NCBI GenBank assembly: GCA_035308825.1
Contig: DATGFX010000086.1
Coordinates: 20,283 to 84,282 of the forward strand
Direction of reading: 5' to 3'
DNA: 64,000 nucleotides
Origin: Terracidiphilus sp.
GTDB lineage: Bacteria > Acidobacteriota > Terriglobia > Terriglobales > Acidobacteriaceae
The position numbers were made by a program, and so were the translations under genes. The notes under the pieces were generated by a model. It was not told the origin of the DNA. It made no database searches and worked only from the letters and a program-made list of their open reading frames with translations. Positions 18,480-30,614 of the stretch are shown piece after piece; position 1 is the first letter of the stretch; each line of letters opens with the position of its first letter.

Positions 18480-20593
18480 GGCTTCTTCCAGGGTAGTTCG
18501 GGCTGCAGGATGCCCAGTTGGGATGGATCGCCGAGCGGATGCGATAGGCCGCGTAGTGCATCGGGCGGGGCAGTTGGGTGACGCGGGAACTGGACTGGCT
18601 GGTCGCCGGCAGTCTCAACAGAATCGTCCGGTGGGGGATTGACGAAGAAATGGCCTCCATGCAGACGCGCGACTTGCTGGCCATGCTTTGCGCCCCCTGG
18701 ATCCGGCGACGACCAGATGGCTCCGACTTCGACGGGCTTGTTTTCGACTGGCTTTGATGGAGCGAGGTTGTGCGCGAGGCGGCGCTGCTTCTCGACATAG
18801 GCGGCGACGACCCGGGAGCCCAGACGCGCGGGATAAAAGCTTTTGTCGCCATGCATCCAGAGAACGGCGACGACCAGCTCCGGATTGCGGCGCGGCAAGA
18901 CGCCGATGAACCAGACGTTGGGATTTGTCTCGTGGCCCTTGCCGGACTTGTCGAGAGCCTGGTGGCTCATGACTTGCGCGGTGCCGGTCTTGCCGGCGAG
19001 ATCGATGCCTTCCAAATGCGCGGAGCCGGCGGTATGAAACTGCGCCGGCACAGTGACCTGGGCCATGCCGTCGGTGATGATCTCCCAGTTGGCCGGATCG
19101 ATGGGGATGTAGGCCGATCCTGTACCGGGGTAGGTGTCGAGAAGCGCCTGGCGGAAATATTCCGGCAACTCGTCGGGGAAAACGCTGTGCGGCCGGACCA
19201 TGTGGCCGCCGGATGCGATGCCGCCGATGATGCGTGCCAGCTGAATCGGAGTCGCTTCAACCGCGCCCTGTCCGATGGAAACGTCGAGAGTTTCGTCAGG
19301 ATACCAGCGGTGATGGAAGTTCTTGAGCAGCCACGGCACGGATGGCATGAGTCCGGACTGCTCTCCAGGCAGGTCGATTCCTGTCTTCTGCCCGTAGCCG
19401 AACTCGGTTGCGTACCTTGCAATGCGATCGATGCCGAGCTTGTCGCCGAGCTGGTAGAAGTACGTATCGCAGGAGTAGGGGATGGCGTTATTGATGTCGA
19501 CAGCGCCGTGCTTAAAGTCGCATTTATGGTAGTAACCGTACGGTCCCCAGCCGCCGTTGCAGACGACCTTGAGGTTTTGCGCGATGCCTTCCTGGAGGCC
19601 AGCGACGGACATGAGAATCTTGAAAGTTGAACCGGGCGCGAGCTGGGCCTGAATGGCCTTGTTGAGCAGCGGGTGCTGTGGGTCGGTGATCAGCTTGTTC
19701 CACTCGGCGCGATCAATTCTGACGGCGAAGGCATTGGGGTCGAAGCTGGGACGCGAAACCATGGCGAGGATCTCGCCGTTGCGCGGATCCATTGCCACAA
19801 TCGCGCCCTCGCGACTGCCGAGGGCAAGTTCCGCGGCGCGTTGCAAATCGTTGTCGATGGTGAGACGCAAGTCCATGCCCGGCTTGGCGTGCTGGATTCC
19901 CAGGAATCCGACCTCCCGTCCATGGCTGTCCACGATTTCGTCGCGCGCGCCGTCCTGCCCGCGCAGCAGCTGATCGTAAGTCTCCTCCACTCCGGCCTTG
20001 CCCACCACGTCGCCCGGTTCGTACGCGGCATATCGCGGGTCATTGAGCATGTCTTCGCTTACTTCGCCGACGTACCCGATCAGGTGGGCCGCGAAGCCGT
20101 CACGCGGATAGAGCCTGCGCGCTTCATCGATGGTTTCCAGTTCCGGCAATTCATTGCGGTGCGCTTCGATGAATGCCTGCTCATCCGCTGTAATGTCCTG
20201 CTTGATCGGGATCGGTTGGTAGCCCGGCGAACTGCGATAGTGCTGAATCGTGGCGTGCAATTGATTCAGATCAAGATGCAGCCCGGTCGCGATCAACGGC
20301 AGATCAGCGTCGATGTTGTGGTTCTGCTCGCGTACAAGGAAGCAGGAAACCGAGGGGTAATTGTCGACAATCAGGCGGTTCTCGCGGTCAAAGAGCTTGC
20401 CGCGCGCGGCCAGGATCGGAACCTTACGGATGCGGTTTTGCTCGGCGAGAACCTTGAAATTGCTGGCGCCCAGAACCTGCAGCCGCCAAAGCCCGGCAGC
20501 CAGCGCCAGCATCATCAGCAGAATGCCGTATTGAACGGCGGTCAGCTTGATGCTTGAGACCTTCTCGCCTCGTGAATACTTCTCTGAAACCAT
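18476..20593 (-). CDS. mrdA: Penicillin-binding protein 2
   Basis: N-terminal TM, RGKLFDRE dimerisation domain, PGSTFK (SxxK), SCD (SxN variant), KTGT. Confidence 0.97.
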   Translation of the reverse strand: MVSEKYSRGEKVSSIKLTAVQYGILLMMLALAAGLWRLQVLGASNFKVLAEQNRIRKVPILAARGKLFDRENRLIVDNYPSVSCFLVREQNHNIDADLPLIATGLHLDLNQLHATIQHYRSSPGYQPIPIKQDITADEQAFIEAHRNELPELETIDEARRLYPRDGFAAHLIGYVGEVSEDMLNDPRYAAYEPGDVVGKAGVEETYDQLLRGQDGARDEIVDSHGREVGFLGIQHAKPGMDLRLTIDNDLQRAAELALGSREGAIVAMDPRNGEILAMVSRPSFDPNAFAVRIDRAEWNKLITDPQHPLLNKAIQAQLAPGSTFKILMSVAGLQEGIAQNLKVVCNGGWGPYGYYHKCDFKHGAVDINNAIPYSCDTYFYQLGDKLGIDRIARYATEFGYGQKTGIDLPGEQSGLMPSVPWLLKNFHHRWYPDETLDVSIGQGAVEATPIQLARIIGGIASGGHMVRPHSVFPDELPEYFRQALLDTYPGTGSAYIPIDPANWEIITDGMAQVTVPAQFHTAGSAHLEGIDLAGKTGTAQVMSHQALDKSGKGHETNPNVWFIGVLPRRNPELVVAVLWMHGDKSFYPARLGSRVVAAYVEKQRRLAHNLAPSKPVENKPVEVGAIWSSPDPGGAKHGQQVARLHGGHFFVNPPPDDSVETAGDQPVQFPRHPTAPPDALRGLSHPLGDPSQLGILQPELPWKKP

Positions 20594-20676
20594 TTGCCTG
20601 AACTCTCAGGATACCGCGATTGTTGTTTAACACGGAGAACGTTCGCTATCCGTGCACAGCCGATCAATGGTCCTCT

Positions 20677-21198
20677 TCAGTCCCTTATCTGAAGCTTATC
20701 GAGGAAGGGAAAGGTCACAAGCCCAATGGCCGCGTTGCCAAGAGCCTTGTACAGCTCGGTCATCCGCACCACGTCCGATGGGAGATCGAGGAGAAAGCGA
20801 TAGATGAAGATGTAGATCAAGCTCGACAGAAGCGACAGGAAAAAGATCAAAGCAACCCGGATAATCTGGCTTTCGACGTCAATGCGTACGCCCACCGATG
20901 CCGCAAGGAAACCAACGACCGACTTGGCAATGCCGTTGATGCCGATGGCATGATGCGTCAACGCGTCTTCAAAAATGCCCAACGTGCAGCCCATGATGGT
21001 GCCCTGGATGGGACTGCGCCGGCCCAGCGCAAAATAGATGGTAACCACCAGCGGCAAATCGAACCACGCATAGCGTCCCAAGAGGCGCGGAAGCCAGGCC
21101 TGGAGGATGAGTGCGGCCACAGGCACCAGCAAATAGACGAGGAGGGGGAACTTGTGAATCTCCAAGTCGCGTCGGCTATCCACCATTAGAACCGGCAT
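20677..21198 (-). CDS. mreD: Rod shape-determining protein MreD
   Basis: Multi-TM protein between mreC and mrdA; DLPLVVTIYFAL and G...G...D motif. Confidence 0.92.
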   Translation of the reverse strand: MPVLMVDSRRDLEIHKFPLLVYLLVPVAALILQAWLPRLLGRYAWFDLPLVVTIYFALGRRSPIQGTIMGCTLGIFEDALTHHAIGINGIAKSVVGFLAASVGVRIDVESQIIRVALIFFLSLLSSLIYIFIYRFLLDLPSDVVRMTELYKALGNAAIGLVTFPFLDKLQIRD

Positions 21199-21200
21199 GC

Positions 21201-22421
21201 TTACGGTTCCCTCTGCGGTTGAGGCTGATCAGGAGCAGTTGATGGAGCAGTTGGCGATGGTGGATGCGCCGCGTTTTTCGCCGGGATCACTTCCGGCTTA
21301 CTGGCACCCTGGCCCGTGCCGGCGGTACCCGCGCCGGGCGAGAAGCGATCCGGGTGCAGCGGCTGCGGCACGCGCGCGATCGGATTCGGGTTCGAATCGT
21401 CCTTGAGAGGCTGTTGATCGGCGGGAAGATTGGGATCGAGCAGTCCGGGCAGCCGCTCGGCCATGATGTCCGAAGCCTTCTTCTGCGCGTTCATCTCGTC
21501 CAAGTCCGAGGCTTTCAGCGCCTGGCTGGCGGCAATGTCCTGTTTCTGCTCGGACGGGAAGCGCGGCTCGGTGGAAGTGATGACCAGGACCTCGTCGAGC
21601 CGATCGAGATGCGCCGCGGGCTTGATGATAACGTCGATGAAGGAATCGCGATCCGGATCGTTTACCACTTTTTCGACGACGCCGACGGGTAATCCGCGAG
21701 GAAAAATCAGGTCGCCACCCGCCGTAATCGCAGCTTCGCCGGGCTTGATCCGCTGATCGGCCATGATGTCCACGATCTGCGTCTGGCCGAATGCATTTCC
21801 GCGGAGAATTCCACGGGTGCGCGTAGTCTCCAGGATCACACCCGCGCCGCTGGTCGGATCGTTGATGGCCAGGACCAGGGCCGAATGGGGAAACACGTCG
21901 CGTACTTTGCCCACGATTCCGTCCGGGGTGATGACGGCCATGTCGCGTGCAATCCCGTCATCCTTGCCCTTATCGATATTGAAGACTCTCGAAAGGTCCG
22001 TGCCGCTGGTGCCGAGCACCTGTGCGGGGACTGTTTTGTAAATGTATTTCTCCTGAAATCCGAGGAGCGCTTGCAGGCGTTGGCCTTGGCGCGCGTCCTC
22101 GAGCAGCGCGGCTTCTTCGAGCCGCAGGCGGTCTACCGTCTCCTGGAGGTCCTGATTTTGCTGGCGTACGTGGCGCAGATCGAAATAGTTGTTCCAAACC
22201 CACGACACGCCGTGTCCTGAGGAGTGTGCCACGTGTTCGGGGGGAGAAACGATGGTATTGGCCCAAAGGCGGATCAGCCGCACGCCGCTGCTGTCGTTCG
22301 GATCGAGGCTCGTGCGTCCAGCATCGGTGCGATGCACCTGCACGGCGAGCCCCAGAATCTGCGCCACCAGCAGGGTGAGCAGAACCACGATGTTTCGGTA
22401 GCGTACGAAGAAAGATTCCAT
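21201..22421 (-). CDS. mreC: Rod shape-determining protein MreC
   Basis: N-terminal TM, coiled coil, IDKGKDDGI..DMAVITPDGIVGKV, GGD.IFPRGLPVG. Confidence 0.96.
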   Translation of the reverse strand: MESFFVRYRNIVVLLTLLVAQILGLAVQVHRTDAGRTSLDPNDSSGVRLIRLWANTIVSPPEHVAHSSGHGVSWVWNNYFDLRHVRQQNQDLQETVDRLRLEEAALLEDARQGQRLQALLGFQEKYIYKTVPAQVLGTSGTDLSRVFNIDKGKDDGIARDMAVITPDGIVGKVRDVFPHSALVLAINDPTSGAGVILETTRTRGILRGNAFGQTQIVDIMADQRIKPGEAAITAGGDLIFPRGLPVGVVEKVVNDPDRDSFIDVIIKPAAHLDRLDEVLVITSTEPRFPSEQKQDIAASQALKASDLDEMNAQKKASDIMAERLPGLLDPNLPADQQPLKDDSNPNPIARVPQPLHPDRFSPGAGTAGTGQGASKPEVIPAKNAAHPPSPTAPSTAPDQPQPQREP

Positions 22422-22427
22422 AACAGC

Positions 22428-22505
22428 CAGGGATCAGAGATCAGGGATCAGTTTTCAGGGGTTTTCGTCGCGAAGATTAAACTGGCGACTGATCACTGTT
22501 CACTG
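22428..22505. repeat. Heptamer tandem repeats in opposite orientations in the mreB-mreC spacer
   Basis: CAGGGAT CAGAGAT CAGGGAT CAGTTTT CAGG (22428-22459) and CTGATCA CTGTTCA CTG (22489-22505). Confidence 0.7.
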
Positions 22506-23582
<1,077 letters not shown>

Positions 23583-23675
23583 TCAGCCTCTCCCGTATTG
23601 TACGGCCACTCAGGGTTTCAACTACAAGCACCGCTGGTAATGTGCAGACGGGGGAGCATTTGTAAATACCCCGTC

Positions 23676-24371
23676 CTAGCCAACGGCACGGCCGGCCTGA
23701 AGGAAGGGCATTCCGAAACAGCCCTCCATCGCCCTGACGAAGTCTGGTTGGAGCACATCGAAGCTGTCGGTCATTTTAGGGATAAGCCATTTGCCAAACT
23801 CAAGCTCTATCCAAAAACGCGCGCTTCCAGCATGCTGGATCTCAATCCTTTTGCCTGTCCAAGGGTGAGTAAAGACACCCATGGTTTGAATAGGGCTCGA
23901 TCTTCCAAAGCCGAATTCGCACGCTCCCTTTCGGTCCTCACCCCACCAATCGCCTGTGCAGACTGGCTGGGCCTGCATGGAGCAAGTCACGACGCAGATA
24001 AGGTCCTGGTCGAAAGCAGTCCCATCGGTCACAAGCATTTCGATCGGAGCGTCACTGGACAACCATCTCCCAGACACACTGACGCTGTACTTCGGTTCTG
24101 CCGCGACCAAGGCAGGTATCTCCGATGTTTCCTGAAGTTCAATCCGCTTTGGAACCTTGAATGTGCGCTCTTCGCCAGTGAACGTGTTCTTCTGGGTCCG
24201 AACTTCCTCGGCCGAGGTCATTGCCATCAGCCCGGGCATCCAGTCCTTTTTCGATTTCACGAATTGAAATCGGAAAGCGCTCTGCAAGAGGTCGAAGAAC
24301 CTGACCATCTGATTCGGGTCCGGCACAGACTCCGAATCAGCTGCGATGAGCAAATGCGCGTATTGTTCCAT
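23676..24371 (-). CDS. Hypothetical protein
   Basis: 231-aa ORF filling the gap between mreB and the aldehyde dehydrogenase; no recognised motif; somewhat AT-richer than neighbours. Confidence 0.65.
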   Translation of the reverse strand: MEQYAHLLIAADSESVPDPNQMVRFFDLLQSAFRFQFVKSKKDWMPGLMAMTSAEEVRTQKNTFTGEERTFKVPKRIELQETSEIPALVAAEPKYSVSVSGRWLSSDAPIEMLVTDGTAFDQDLICVVTCSMQAQPVCTGDWWGEDRKGACEFGFGRSSPIQTMGVFTHPWTGKRIEIQHAGSARFWIELEFGKWLIPKMTDSFDVLQPDFVRAMEGCFGMPFLQAGRAVG

Positions 24372-24454
24372 TTCGGAGAATCATAGACGGATTCTCCGGT
24401 TTTCGCTAAGCCCGCCGGAGGTGCTATAACCTCACTGACCACTGAGACCCGAAC

Positions 24455-25945
24455 ATGACCTATCCCACGTATCACAATCTGATTGGCGGCGAGTGGATGC
24501 CCGCCGCGAGCGGCAAAACCATCCTGAACCTCAATCCGGCGGACCACTCCGAGGTGGTTGGCTCGTTCCCCTCCTCGCAAGCCGAGGACGTGGATCGCGC
24601 CGTGGCTGCGGCAAAGAAGGCATATTCCTCCTGGCGGCTGGTGCCTGCTCCCAAACGCGCCGAAGTTCTGACGCGAACCGGGATCCTTCTCCAGGAGCGG
24701 AAAGAGAAGTTCGCACGGGACATGACGCGCGAGATGGGCAAAGTGCTGGCCGAAACGCGGGGGGATGTGCAGGAAGCCATCGACGAAGCCTTCTATGTGG
24801 CCGGCGAAGGCCGGCGCCTCTTCGGGGTCACAACCCCTTCGGAGCTTCAGAACAAGTTCGCCATGAGCGTGCGCATGCCGGTCGGCGTTGTCGGCCTGAT
24901 CACGCCGTGGAACTTCCCCATGGCGATCCCGAGCTGGAAATTGTTTCCTGCTCTGGTGGCGGGCAATACGTGCGTGATCAAGCCTGCTTCCGATACACCG
25001 CTCTCGGTCTACAACCTCGTCCAGACCCTCGTCGACGCGGGCCTTCCGCCGGGCGTAGTCAACATCGTGTGCGGGGGAGGTGGAGCGGCCGGAAATGCGC
25101 TGCTCGAGCACAAGGACGTACGCGCCATCAGCTTTACGGGTTCGAGCGAGGTGGGTTCATGGGTAGGCCAGCGCGCGGCCGCGACTTTTAAAGCGGTTTC
25201 GCTTGAGATGGGCGGCAAGAACGCGCAGATCGTCCTCGACGACGCCAATCTCGATCTTGCGCTCGATGGCGCATTGTGGGGAGCCTTCGGCACAACTGGG
25301 CAGCGCTGCACAGCCACCAGCCGCATCCTGCTGCAGAAGGGCATTGCGAGCGAATTCACGGAGAGGCTGGTCGCGCGCGCCAAGGCGCTCAAGGTCGGCA
25401 ACGGCCTCGACGAGTCGGTGGAAGTGGGTCCGCAGGTAAACGAAGGACAGATCGAGACCTCGGCGAAGTACGTCGACATTGCTGTGAAGAGTGGCGCGAA
25501 ACTGCTGTGCGGAGGCAGCGCGCTGAAGTGTGAGGGCTACGCCAACGGCACGTTCTTTGAGCCGACGGTGATGGGCGGCGTTACGCCAACCATGCGCATC
25601 GCCCGCGAAGAAGTGTTTGGTCCGGTGGTGAGCCTCATCGAGTTTGATCGCTTCGAAGAAGCAATCGAAATCGCCAACTCCATCGACTACGGTCTGTCCA
25701 CAGCGCTGTACACAAAAAACGTGAACCGCGCCTTCACAGCAATGCGCGACCTTGAGGCGGGCATCACCTACATCAACGCGCCTACGATCGGAGCCGAGGT
25801 ACACCTGCCATTTGGAGGAGTGAAACAGACCGGCAATGGACATCGCGAGGGGCTAGGTGCAATCGATTTCTTCACGACATGGAAGGCGGTCTACGTCGAT
25901 TACTCCGACAGGCTGCAGCGCGCGCAGATCGACAACGCGGAGTGA
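24455..25945 (+). CDS. NAD(P)-dependent aldehyde dehydrogenase
   Basis: [22 protein letters not shown] (catalytic Glu), GQRCTA (catalytic Cys), EEVFGP, PFGG. Confidence 0.97.
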   Translation: MTYPTYHNLIGGEWMPAASGKTILNLNPADHSEVVGSFPSSQAEDVDRAVAAAKKAYSSWRLVPAPKRAEVLTRTGILLQERKEKFARDMTREMGKVLAETRGDVQEAIDEAFYVAGEGRRLFGVTTPSELQNKFAMSVRMPVGVVGLITPWNFPMAIPSWKLFPALVAGNTCVIKPASDTPLSVYNLVQTLVDAGLPPGVVNIVCGGGGAAGNALLEHKDVRAISFTGSSEVGSWVGQRAAATFKAVSLEMGGKNAQIVLDDANLDLALDGALWGAFGTTGQRCTATSRILLQKGIASEFTERLVARAKALKVGNGLDESVEVGPQVNEGQIETSAKYVDIAVKSGAKLLCGGSALKCEGYANGTFFEPTVMGGVTPTMRIAREEVFGPVVSLIEFDRFEEAIEIANSIDYGLSTALYTKNVNRAFTAMRDLEAGITYINAPTIGAEVHLPFGGVKQTGNGHREGLGAIDFFTTWKAVYVDYSDRLQRAQIDNAE

Positions 25946-26006
25946 GTGTAATCGGTTGTCTGTCTGAGTCCGAACGGGGCGCTTTGCGTGGTAGAAGGCC
26001 GGCTCG

Positions 26007-27056
26007 CTATTCGTTTAACCGCGCCGAGATCACGGCCGATGTGCCCGCGTGCATGAGGGCGCAATTGGAACGCTGGTCGCACTTGTAGTGGAAATGTGCA
26101 ACGTCTGCCGCCCAGCCTGCAGCGACCGCCTGGTCGCTTTTGATGCCGACAATAAATCTCCGGTTCATGCTGGTTTCGAGGCTGCCACTGGACGGATCGA
26201 AAGAGAGCACCCTGTCGTCACCCTCGATGTAGTATGCGGATTGCATTGGGGACGATTTCTTTTTCGCGCTCTTTTCAGGAGGATTGAACGCAAGGAGATC
26301 CTTCGGATGTTTCAAGAGCCGATCCTGCTCATCCATGGTCGGAAAGTTCGATGAGAAATCCCAATAGTCGAAGTGCTTGTACTGGTCGGCGGAGCAGGGC
26401 AGCACGCCTTCGGAGTACATGGAGCTGGCTTTGCCGTCGGATCCCTGCTGGTTCTGAAAGATGTCTTTGCCGCGCTCGCGGTCTTGCTCTTCGGCCTGCA
26501 GGATGAGCAGATCTTCCTGCTGTTTGGCCAAACCTCTCGATATCTTCCCGCCCGTCTGGGAAGCCTTTCGCAGCATCGGAAACTCTCTCGACGGATCGAA
26601 GCGCATGATGATCTGCTTGCCGCAGAGCGCAAATCCGGATGAATCCAGAATGCGCATGTTCACGAAAATCGGCTGCGGCGGATCTCCTGCAACCAGCGCG
26701 AACCCCGCATTCGATCGCGGATCGATGGGTTGAATCTGGAGCTGGTATTGCGTTTTTCCTTTTGCCCAGCGAGTTACGAGGTGACCCCGCAAACCGGATG
26801 CGTTGAAGACACCCTGGCCGAGGTCATTTGCATCCGATTTTTTCCTGGGAAGGTTGAACAGCAGGATGATGATCGCGGCGACAGCAAGCACTCCAAGGCC
26901 TACGTACAGGATGAAGTACTCCGATTTCGTCTTCGTGACACCGGGGATTGCCACGCCATTCTTCTGCTCGAGCTCGCCAACGACGTCCTGAAATCGTTCC
27001 TTCAGCACCCCCCAGGTCGACTCACCGTTTTCAGCGGGCTGGTCCGTTTCCGCCAT
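26007..27056 (-). CDS. Hypothetical single-pass membrane protein
   Basis: One TM (YFILYVGLGVLAVAAIIILLF) then a soluble domain with two Cys pairs; ATG preceded by GGA-rich sequence. Confidence 0.7.
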   Translation of the reverse strand: MAETDQPAENGESTWGVLKERFQDVVGELEQKNGVAIPGVTKTKSEYFILYVGLGVLAVAAIIILLFNLPRKKSDANDLGQGVFNASGLRGHLVTRWAKGKTQYQLQIQPIDPRSNAGFALVAGDPPQPIFVNMRILDSSGFALCGKQIIMRFDPSREFPMLRKASQTGGKISRGLAKQQEDLLILQAEEQDRERGKDIFQNQQGSDGKASSMYSEGVLPCSADQYKHFDYWDFSSNFPTMDEQDRLLKHPKDLLAFNPPEKSAKKKSSPMQSAYYIEGDDRVLSFDPSSGSLETSMNRRFIVGIKSDQAVAAGWAADVAHFHYKCDQRSNCALMHAGTSAVISARLNE

Positions 27057-27278
27057 GGGAAAATCCTTTCGGAGTCTGGGGGAAGGTCTACGGGGAAACC
27101 TAACCGCTTTGAGGCAGCGGTCTTATCAATGCTTTCAATGTACCCCGTTTCCGCCCGCGACTCCCAGGAGCGGCTTGACTATAAAGGTTCCAACCGACCT
27201 GTTCAAGCGCTTTCGGCTTCGAATGCCGGGTCGCAACGGTACTTCAGGTTGGGGCGCGGACTGTGTGCTGATCTATCT

Positions 27279-29954
27279 CTATTCTGTCGCGTCGGAATCA
27301 GGTTTCTTGTGATCCTTTGGAGGCGCAGCCGGGCTCTCGGGTTTCGACGGCGCCGACGTGCCTGGTTCGATGGGCAAGTCAGGATGATCGAACAGATAAA
27401 GCTCGTTGAAAAGGTACTTGTAAGTTGAGTGCGATTGCCCGCGAAATTGCGGCTTGAATCCGAAGAGGATGACTCGACCCTTGCCGTATGCGAGTTCCAT
27501 CGCCGCCGCCTTGCCTTGGATGGCCTCGGGGTGAAGCAGCAGGCCGCTTTCGAGTGGGTTGGTTTCTTTGGGGTAACTGGCCAGGATCGCGCCATGGAAG
27601 CCTGGCATTGGCTCGAAAGCAGGTCCGTTCTGGAACATGACGACGGGTGAATCCGGCTCGCCAAAGTTCACCGGTAAGTCGGCATGCTCAAGGTTGACTC
27701 GCAGGAGCGCTCCCGAGCAGAAGAACTTGTCGCTCTTGGCTCCTTCGAGCACATTTTTCACGGGAAGCGAGAACAGTGGAATGAGCGAATCGGCGGTTTT
27801 GTTGAGCGCAACCAGGGTTCCGCCGGCGCGAGTAAACTCGCGCAGATTATCGATGCCGTCTTCGCCGATGCCACCCGCGTATTGTCCGGGCACAACGCCT
27901 ATGCCGAAGCCTTCCATCATCTGGTGCGATGACATGTCGGGAAGGACGATCACGTCGTAGCGGCTGCGCAGATCGGCAGAACGAATATCCGCGTTGTAGA
28001 GGCTCTTCGGCTCGAAGCCGTAATTTTCCAGGATCCAGCGTGTCCACCCCTCATCAATGGACGGCGCCCATGGTCGATACAGCCCGATGCGCGCTTTCTT
28101 GATCGGCCGGATGTGCGCCGGCGCGCTGACGCTCTCTGCCGAAACGCCGAATTGCTTCGTCAGGTTCTCGACCGTCGCACGGCTGATTCCGCCAATCAGG
28201 AATGCGCCCGTCTCGGGGCCTTCCGGTGTTTTCACCGGCTCGTCGGCGAGGGAAACCGATGCTCCGGCCTTGAGCGCGGCATTGACTACTTCGAAAGAGG
28301 CGTTCGCCTTGTGCGATACCGCCAAGAGATTGCCCGCACCATCAATCGAAGCCGGAGGCAAATCCACCTTGTCGATCTTGCTCAGAAGCGCGCGCCCATC
28401 GGAGGTGAGTGGATCGGTCACTTCGTCCACGTGGACACCGAATTGCAGCGGCAACGTCCAACCGGTCACGTCATAGGGCAGATCGATGGCCTTCGAGGTT
28501 CCGTTGGCAAGCGCATCCGGATATTTCTGCCGTTCAAACAACTCCTTGGCGAGCGCGGAGAATGGCTGGTCCATGGGAATCACCCACGAGCCGGCCGGAT
28601 ACTCTACGCCATTAGCTTTGAAGCCGGTCTTGGTTGCATAGACGTCAAGGCCGTTGTCGATCATCTTCTGCGCGAGCAATCCGGCTTCCGGCGTGTCCGC
28701 CTGCTTGTCGCTGATCACGTAGGCGAAGGGCGGATCCTTGCGGAAATGCGCGATGTTGTCGCGTGCTGCCTGGTAACGGTTATAGAGCAGCGTCTCGCGA
28801 TTCTTCGCGGCGAGGTCTAGCACCGACATCGAACCTCCCACCATGTAATCGACCGCGTCCTTGAGATGCCACCATCCGCCTTCCCAGGGTGTGGAGTACA
28901 TGCTCAGCGCGCGCAGATCCTGGAAGTCCTTGGGAAAATCGTGGACGGTGTAGAAATGGGGGGTCGCGTACTCATAAAGCGCGGTCTCGGTGAAGAAGGA
29001 AATCTCATTGCGGAAGACGTGCGCCCAGTCAGTGAATCCCGCATACCAGTTGTCGAAGCGCGACTCAGAGATCGATCCGGGCATGTCGTGCGCGTTCAGG
29101 TAAGCGGTCATGTTGGCGCCGATCAAATTGAGCCAGCTGCGGACCAATGGGCTGATGTTGCTCGAAATAGGATCGGAAAACGGCGGAATCCAGATGCGCG
29201 CAGGGAATGGAGCAGTCTGATGCTGGCAGTAGAAGACCTCGGGGTTGTACTCGAGCTGGGTCTTCACCACCACCTGCTCTTCTTTCATGTTCATCATGTA
29301 GCCGTCGCGATTGTTGTCGTGGCCGACGTAATCCTGGTAGAGCCACGGCATGGGGCTCACCTCGTACTTTGTTCCCAGGTTCTGCCTGTACCAGTGGACC
29401 ACCATGTCCTGGCCGTCGGGATTGAGCGTCGGCCAGAGCACCAGGATCACGTTGTCGAGGATGGCATCGATCTGCGGATCGTTTTGCGCTGAAAGCAATT
29501 TGTAAGCCAGCACCATTGTGTGCTGCGGCCCGGCCACTTCATCGGCATGCAGCCCGCCATCAATATGGATAATGACGCGCGCGGTGCGAGCCAGCTCGTG
29601 AGCCTGGTCGTCATTCAGGTCGGTCGCGTGCGCGAGGCGCTTTGCAATTTGCTTGGTCTCATCCAGCTTGGCAATGTTTTGCGGCGAGGAGATGACGGCA
29701 ATTTCTATATCGCGACCCTCCGAGGTCTTACCCACTGTGAACATCTTGATGCGATCGGGAGCGGCCGCAGCCAGCGCGTGGAAGTATTTGACCGTGTCTT
29801 CGTAGTCGGCGAGATAGAAGTCGTCGCCTGGATTGTGGCCGAGCACCGAAATCGGTGTTGGCACCTGCGCATGGTCGATCTGCGCCGTGCATGCGAAGCA
29901 CGCTGCAACAGCGCACACAAGACAAAACCAACGGCTCAGCTTCAACGAAGACAT
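27279..29954 (-). CDS. Secreted M14 family zinc carboxypeptidase-like protein with C-terminal glutamine amidotransferase-like domain
   Basis: ATG 29954 with AAGGAG; signal peptide; GGLHADE (HxxE), NPDG, HDNNRD, CQHQ; C-terminal IDEGWTRWILE...YDVIVLPD. Confidence 0.9.
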   Translation of the reverse strand: MSSLKLSRWFCLVCAVAACFACTAQIDHAQVPTPISVLGHNPGDDFYLADYEDTVKYFHALAAAAPDRIKMFTVGKTSEGRDIEIAVISSPQNIAKLDETKQIAKRLAHATDLNDDQAHELARTARVIIHIDGGLHADEVAGPQHTMVLAYKLLSAQNDPQIDAILDNVILVLWPTLNPDGQDMVVHWYRQNLGTKYEVSPMPWLYQDYVGHDNNRDGYMMNMKEEQVVVKTQLEYNPEVFYCQHQTAPFPARIWIPPFSDPISSNISPLVRSWLNLIGANMTAYLNAHDMPGSISESRFDNWYAGFTDWAHVFRNEISFFTETALYEYATPHFYTVHDFPKDFQDLRALSMYSTPWEGGWWHLKDAVDYMVGGSMSVLDLAAKNRETLLYNRYQAARDNIAHFRKDPPFAYVISDKQADTPEAGLLAQKMIDNGLDVYATKTGFKANGVEYPAGSWVIPMDQPFSALAKELFERQKYPDALANGTSKAIDLPYDVTGWTLPLQFGVHVDEVTDPLTSDGRALLSKIDKVDLPPASIDGAGNLLAVSHKANASFEVVNAALKAGASVSLADEPVKTPEGPETGAFLIGGISRATVENLTKQFGVSAESVSAPAHIRPIKKARIGLYRPWAPSIDEGWTRWILENYGFEPKSLYNADIRSADLRSRYDVIVLPDMSSHQMMEGFGIGVVPGQYAGGIGEDGIDNLREFTRAGGTLVALNKTADSLIPLFSLPVKNVLEGAKSDKFFCSGALLRVNLEHADLPVNFGEPDSPVVMFQNGPAFEPMPGFHGAILASYPKETNPLESGLLLHPEAIQGKAAAMELAYGKGRVILFGFKPQFRGQSHSTYKYLFNELYLFDHPDLPIEPGTSAPSKPESPAAPPKDHKKPDSDATE

Positions 29955-30098
29955 GGCTCTCCTTGAGGATGGAAGGGAAGATTTGAATCGCGCTGCAATT
30001 TCGGCACGCTGGTTCACACTGCATTTGCAGCCAGACTGTCTTGCGTGCTTCCCAATGTATCGCAGTAGGGTAGGAGTGCAAAGGACGAAACCCCGCAG

Positions 30099-30614
30099 CT
30101 ATTGCCTGGCGGGCTCCAGCACATCCCTGAGCGCGAAGCTTGTTTCGAGCCGAGTCACACCGGGCAAATGCGAGAGCTCATTCTGGTGGAGCCGACCGTA
30201 GTCGTCGATATCGGCCACGCGTGCGACCAGCATGTAGTCGTATTGGCCGGCCATGAGGTGGCAGCTGACGATTTCGCGGCAGCGCCGGATCGCGGTCTCA
30301 AACGATCCGAGAACCGCAGCTGATTGCCGTTCCAGCGTCACGCGAATGTAGACGGTCATGCGCTTGCCGAGCATCCGATCGTCGATGAGAGCGCGGTAAC
30401 CGCGAATCGCGCCGGAGGATTCGAGGGCCAGGATGCGTCTCGATGCGGCTGAGGCCGATAGCCCGACGGCCTCGCCTACTTCGAAATTGGTGGCGCGCCC
30501 ATGATGTTCGAGATGCCGCAGGATCGCTGCATCCAGCTCATCCAGGCCGGTTCCTGCCTTGAAAGCGGGCAATTCATGCGAGATATGGGCAGATTGTTCA
30601 CGTTTTGTTCCCAT
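30099..30614 (-). CDS. Lrp/AsnC family regulator (AldR-like)
   Basis: LDELDAAILRHLEHHGR...VGLSASAASRRILALE.SG.I.GY HTH; MAGQYDYML RAM domain; divergent from ald. Confidence 0.93.
   Translation of the reverse strand: MGTKREQSAHISHELPAFKAGTGLDELDAAILRHLEHHGRATNFEVGEAVGLSASAASRRILALESSGAIRGYRALIDDRMLGKRMTVYIRVTLERQSAAVLGSFETAIRRCREIVSCHLMAGQYDYMLVARVADIDDYGRLHQNELSHLPGVTRLETSFALRDVLEPARQ

Noticed and set aside
21385-21402. GGTTCGAATC resembling a tRNA T-loop
   Set aside because: Inside mreC coding sequence, no cloverleaf.
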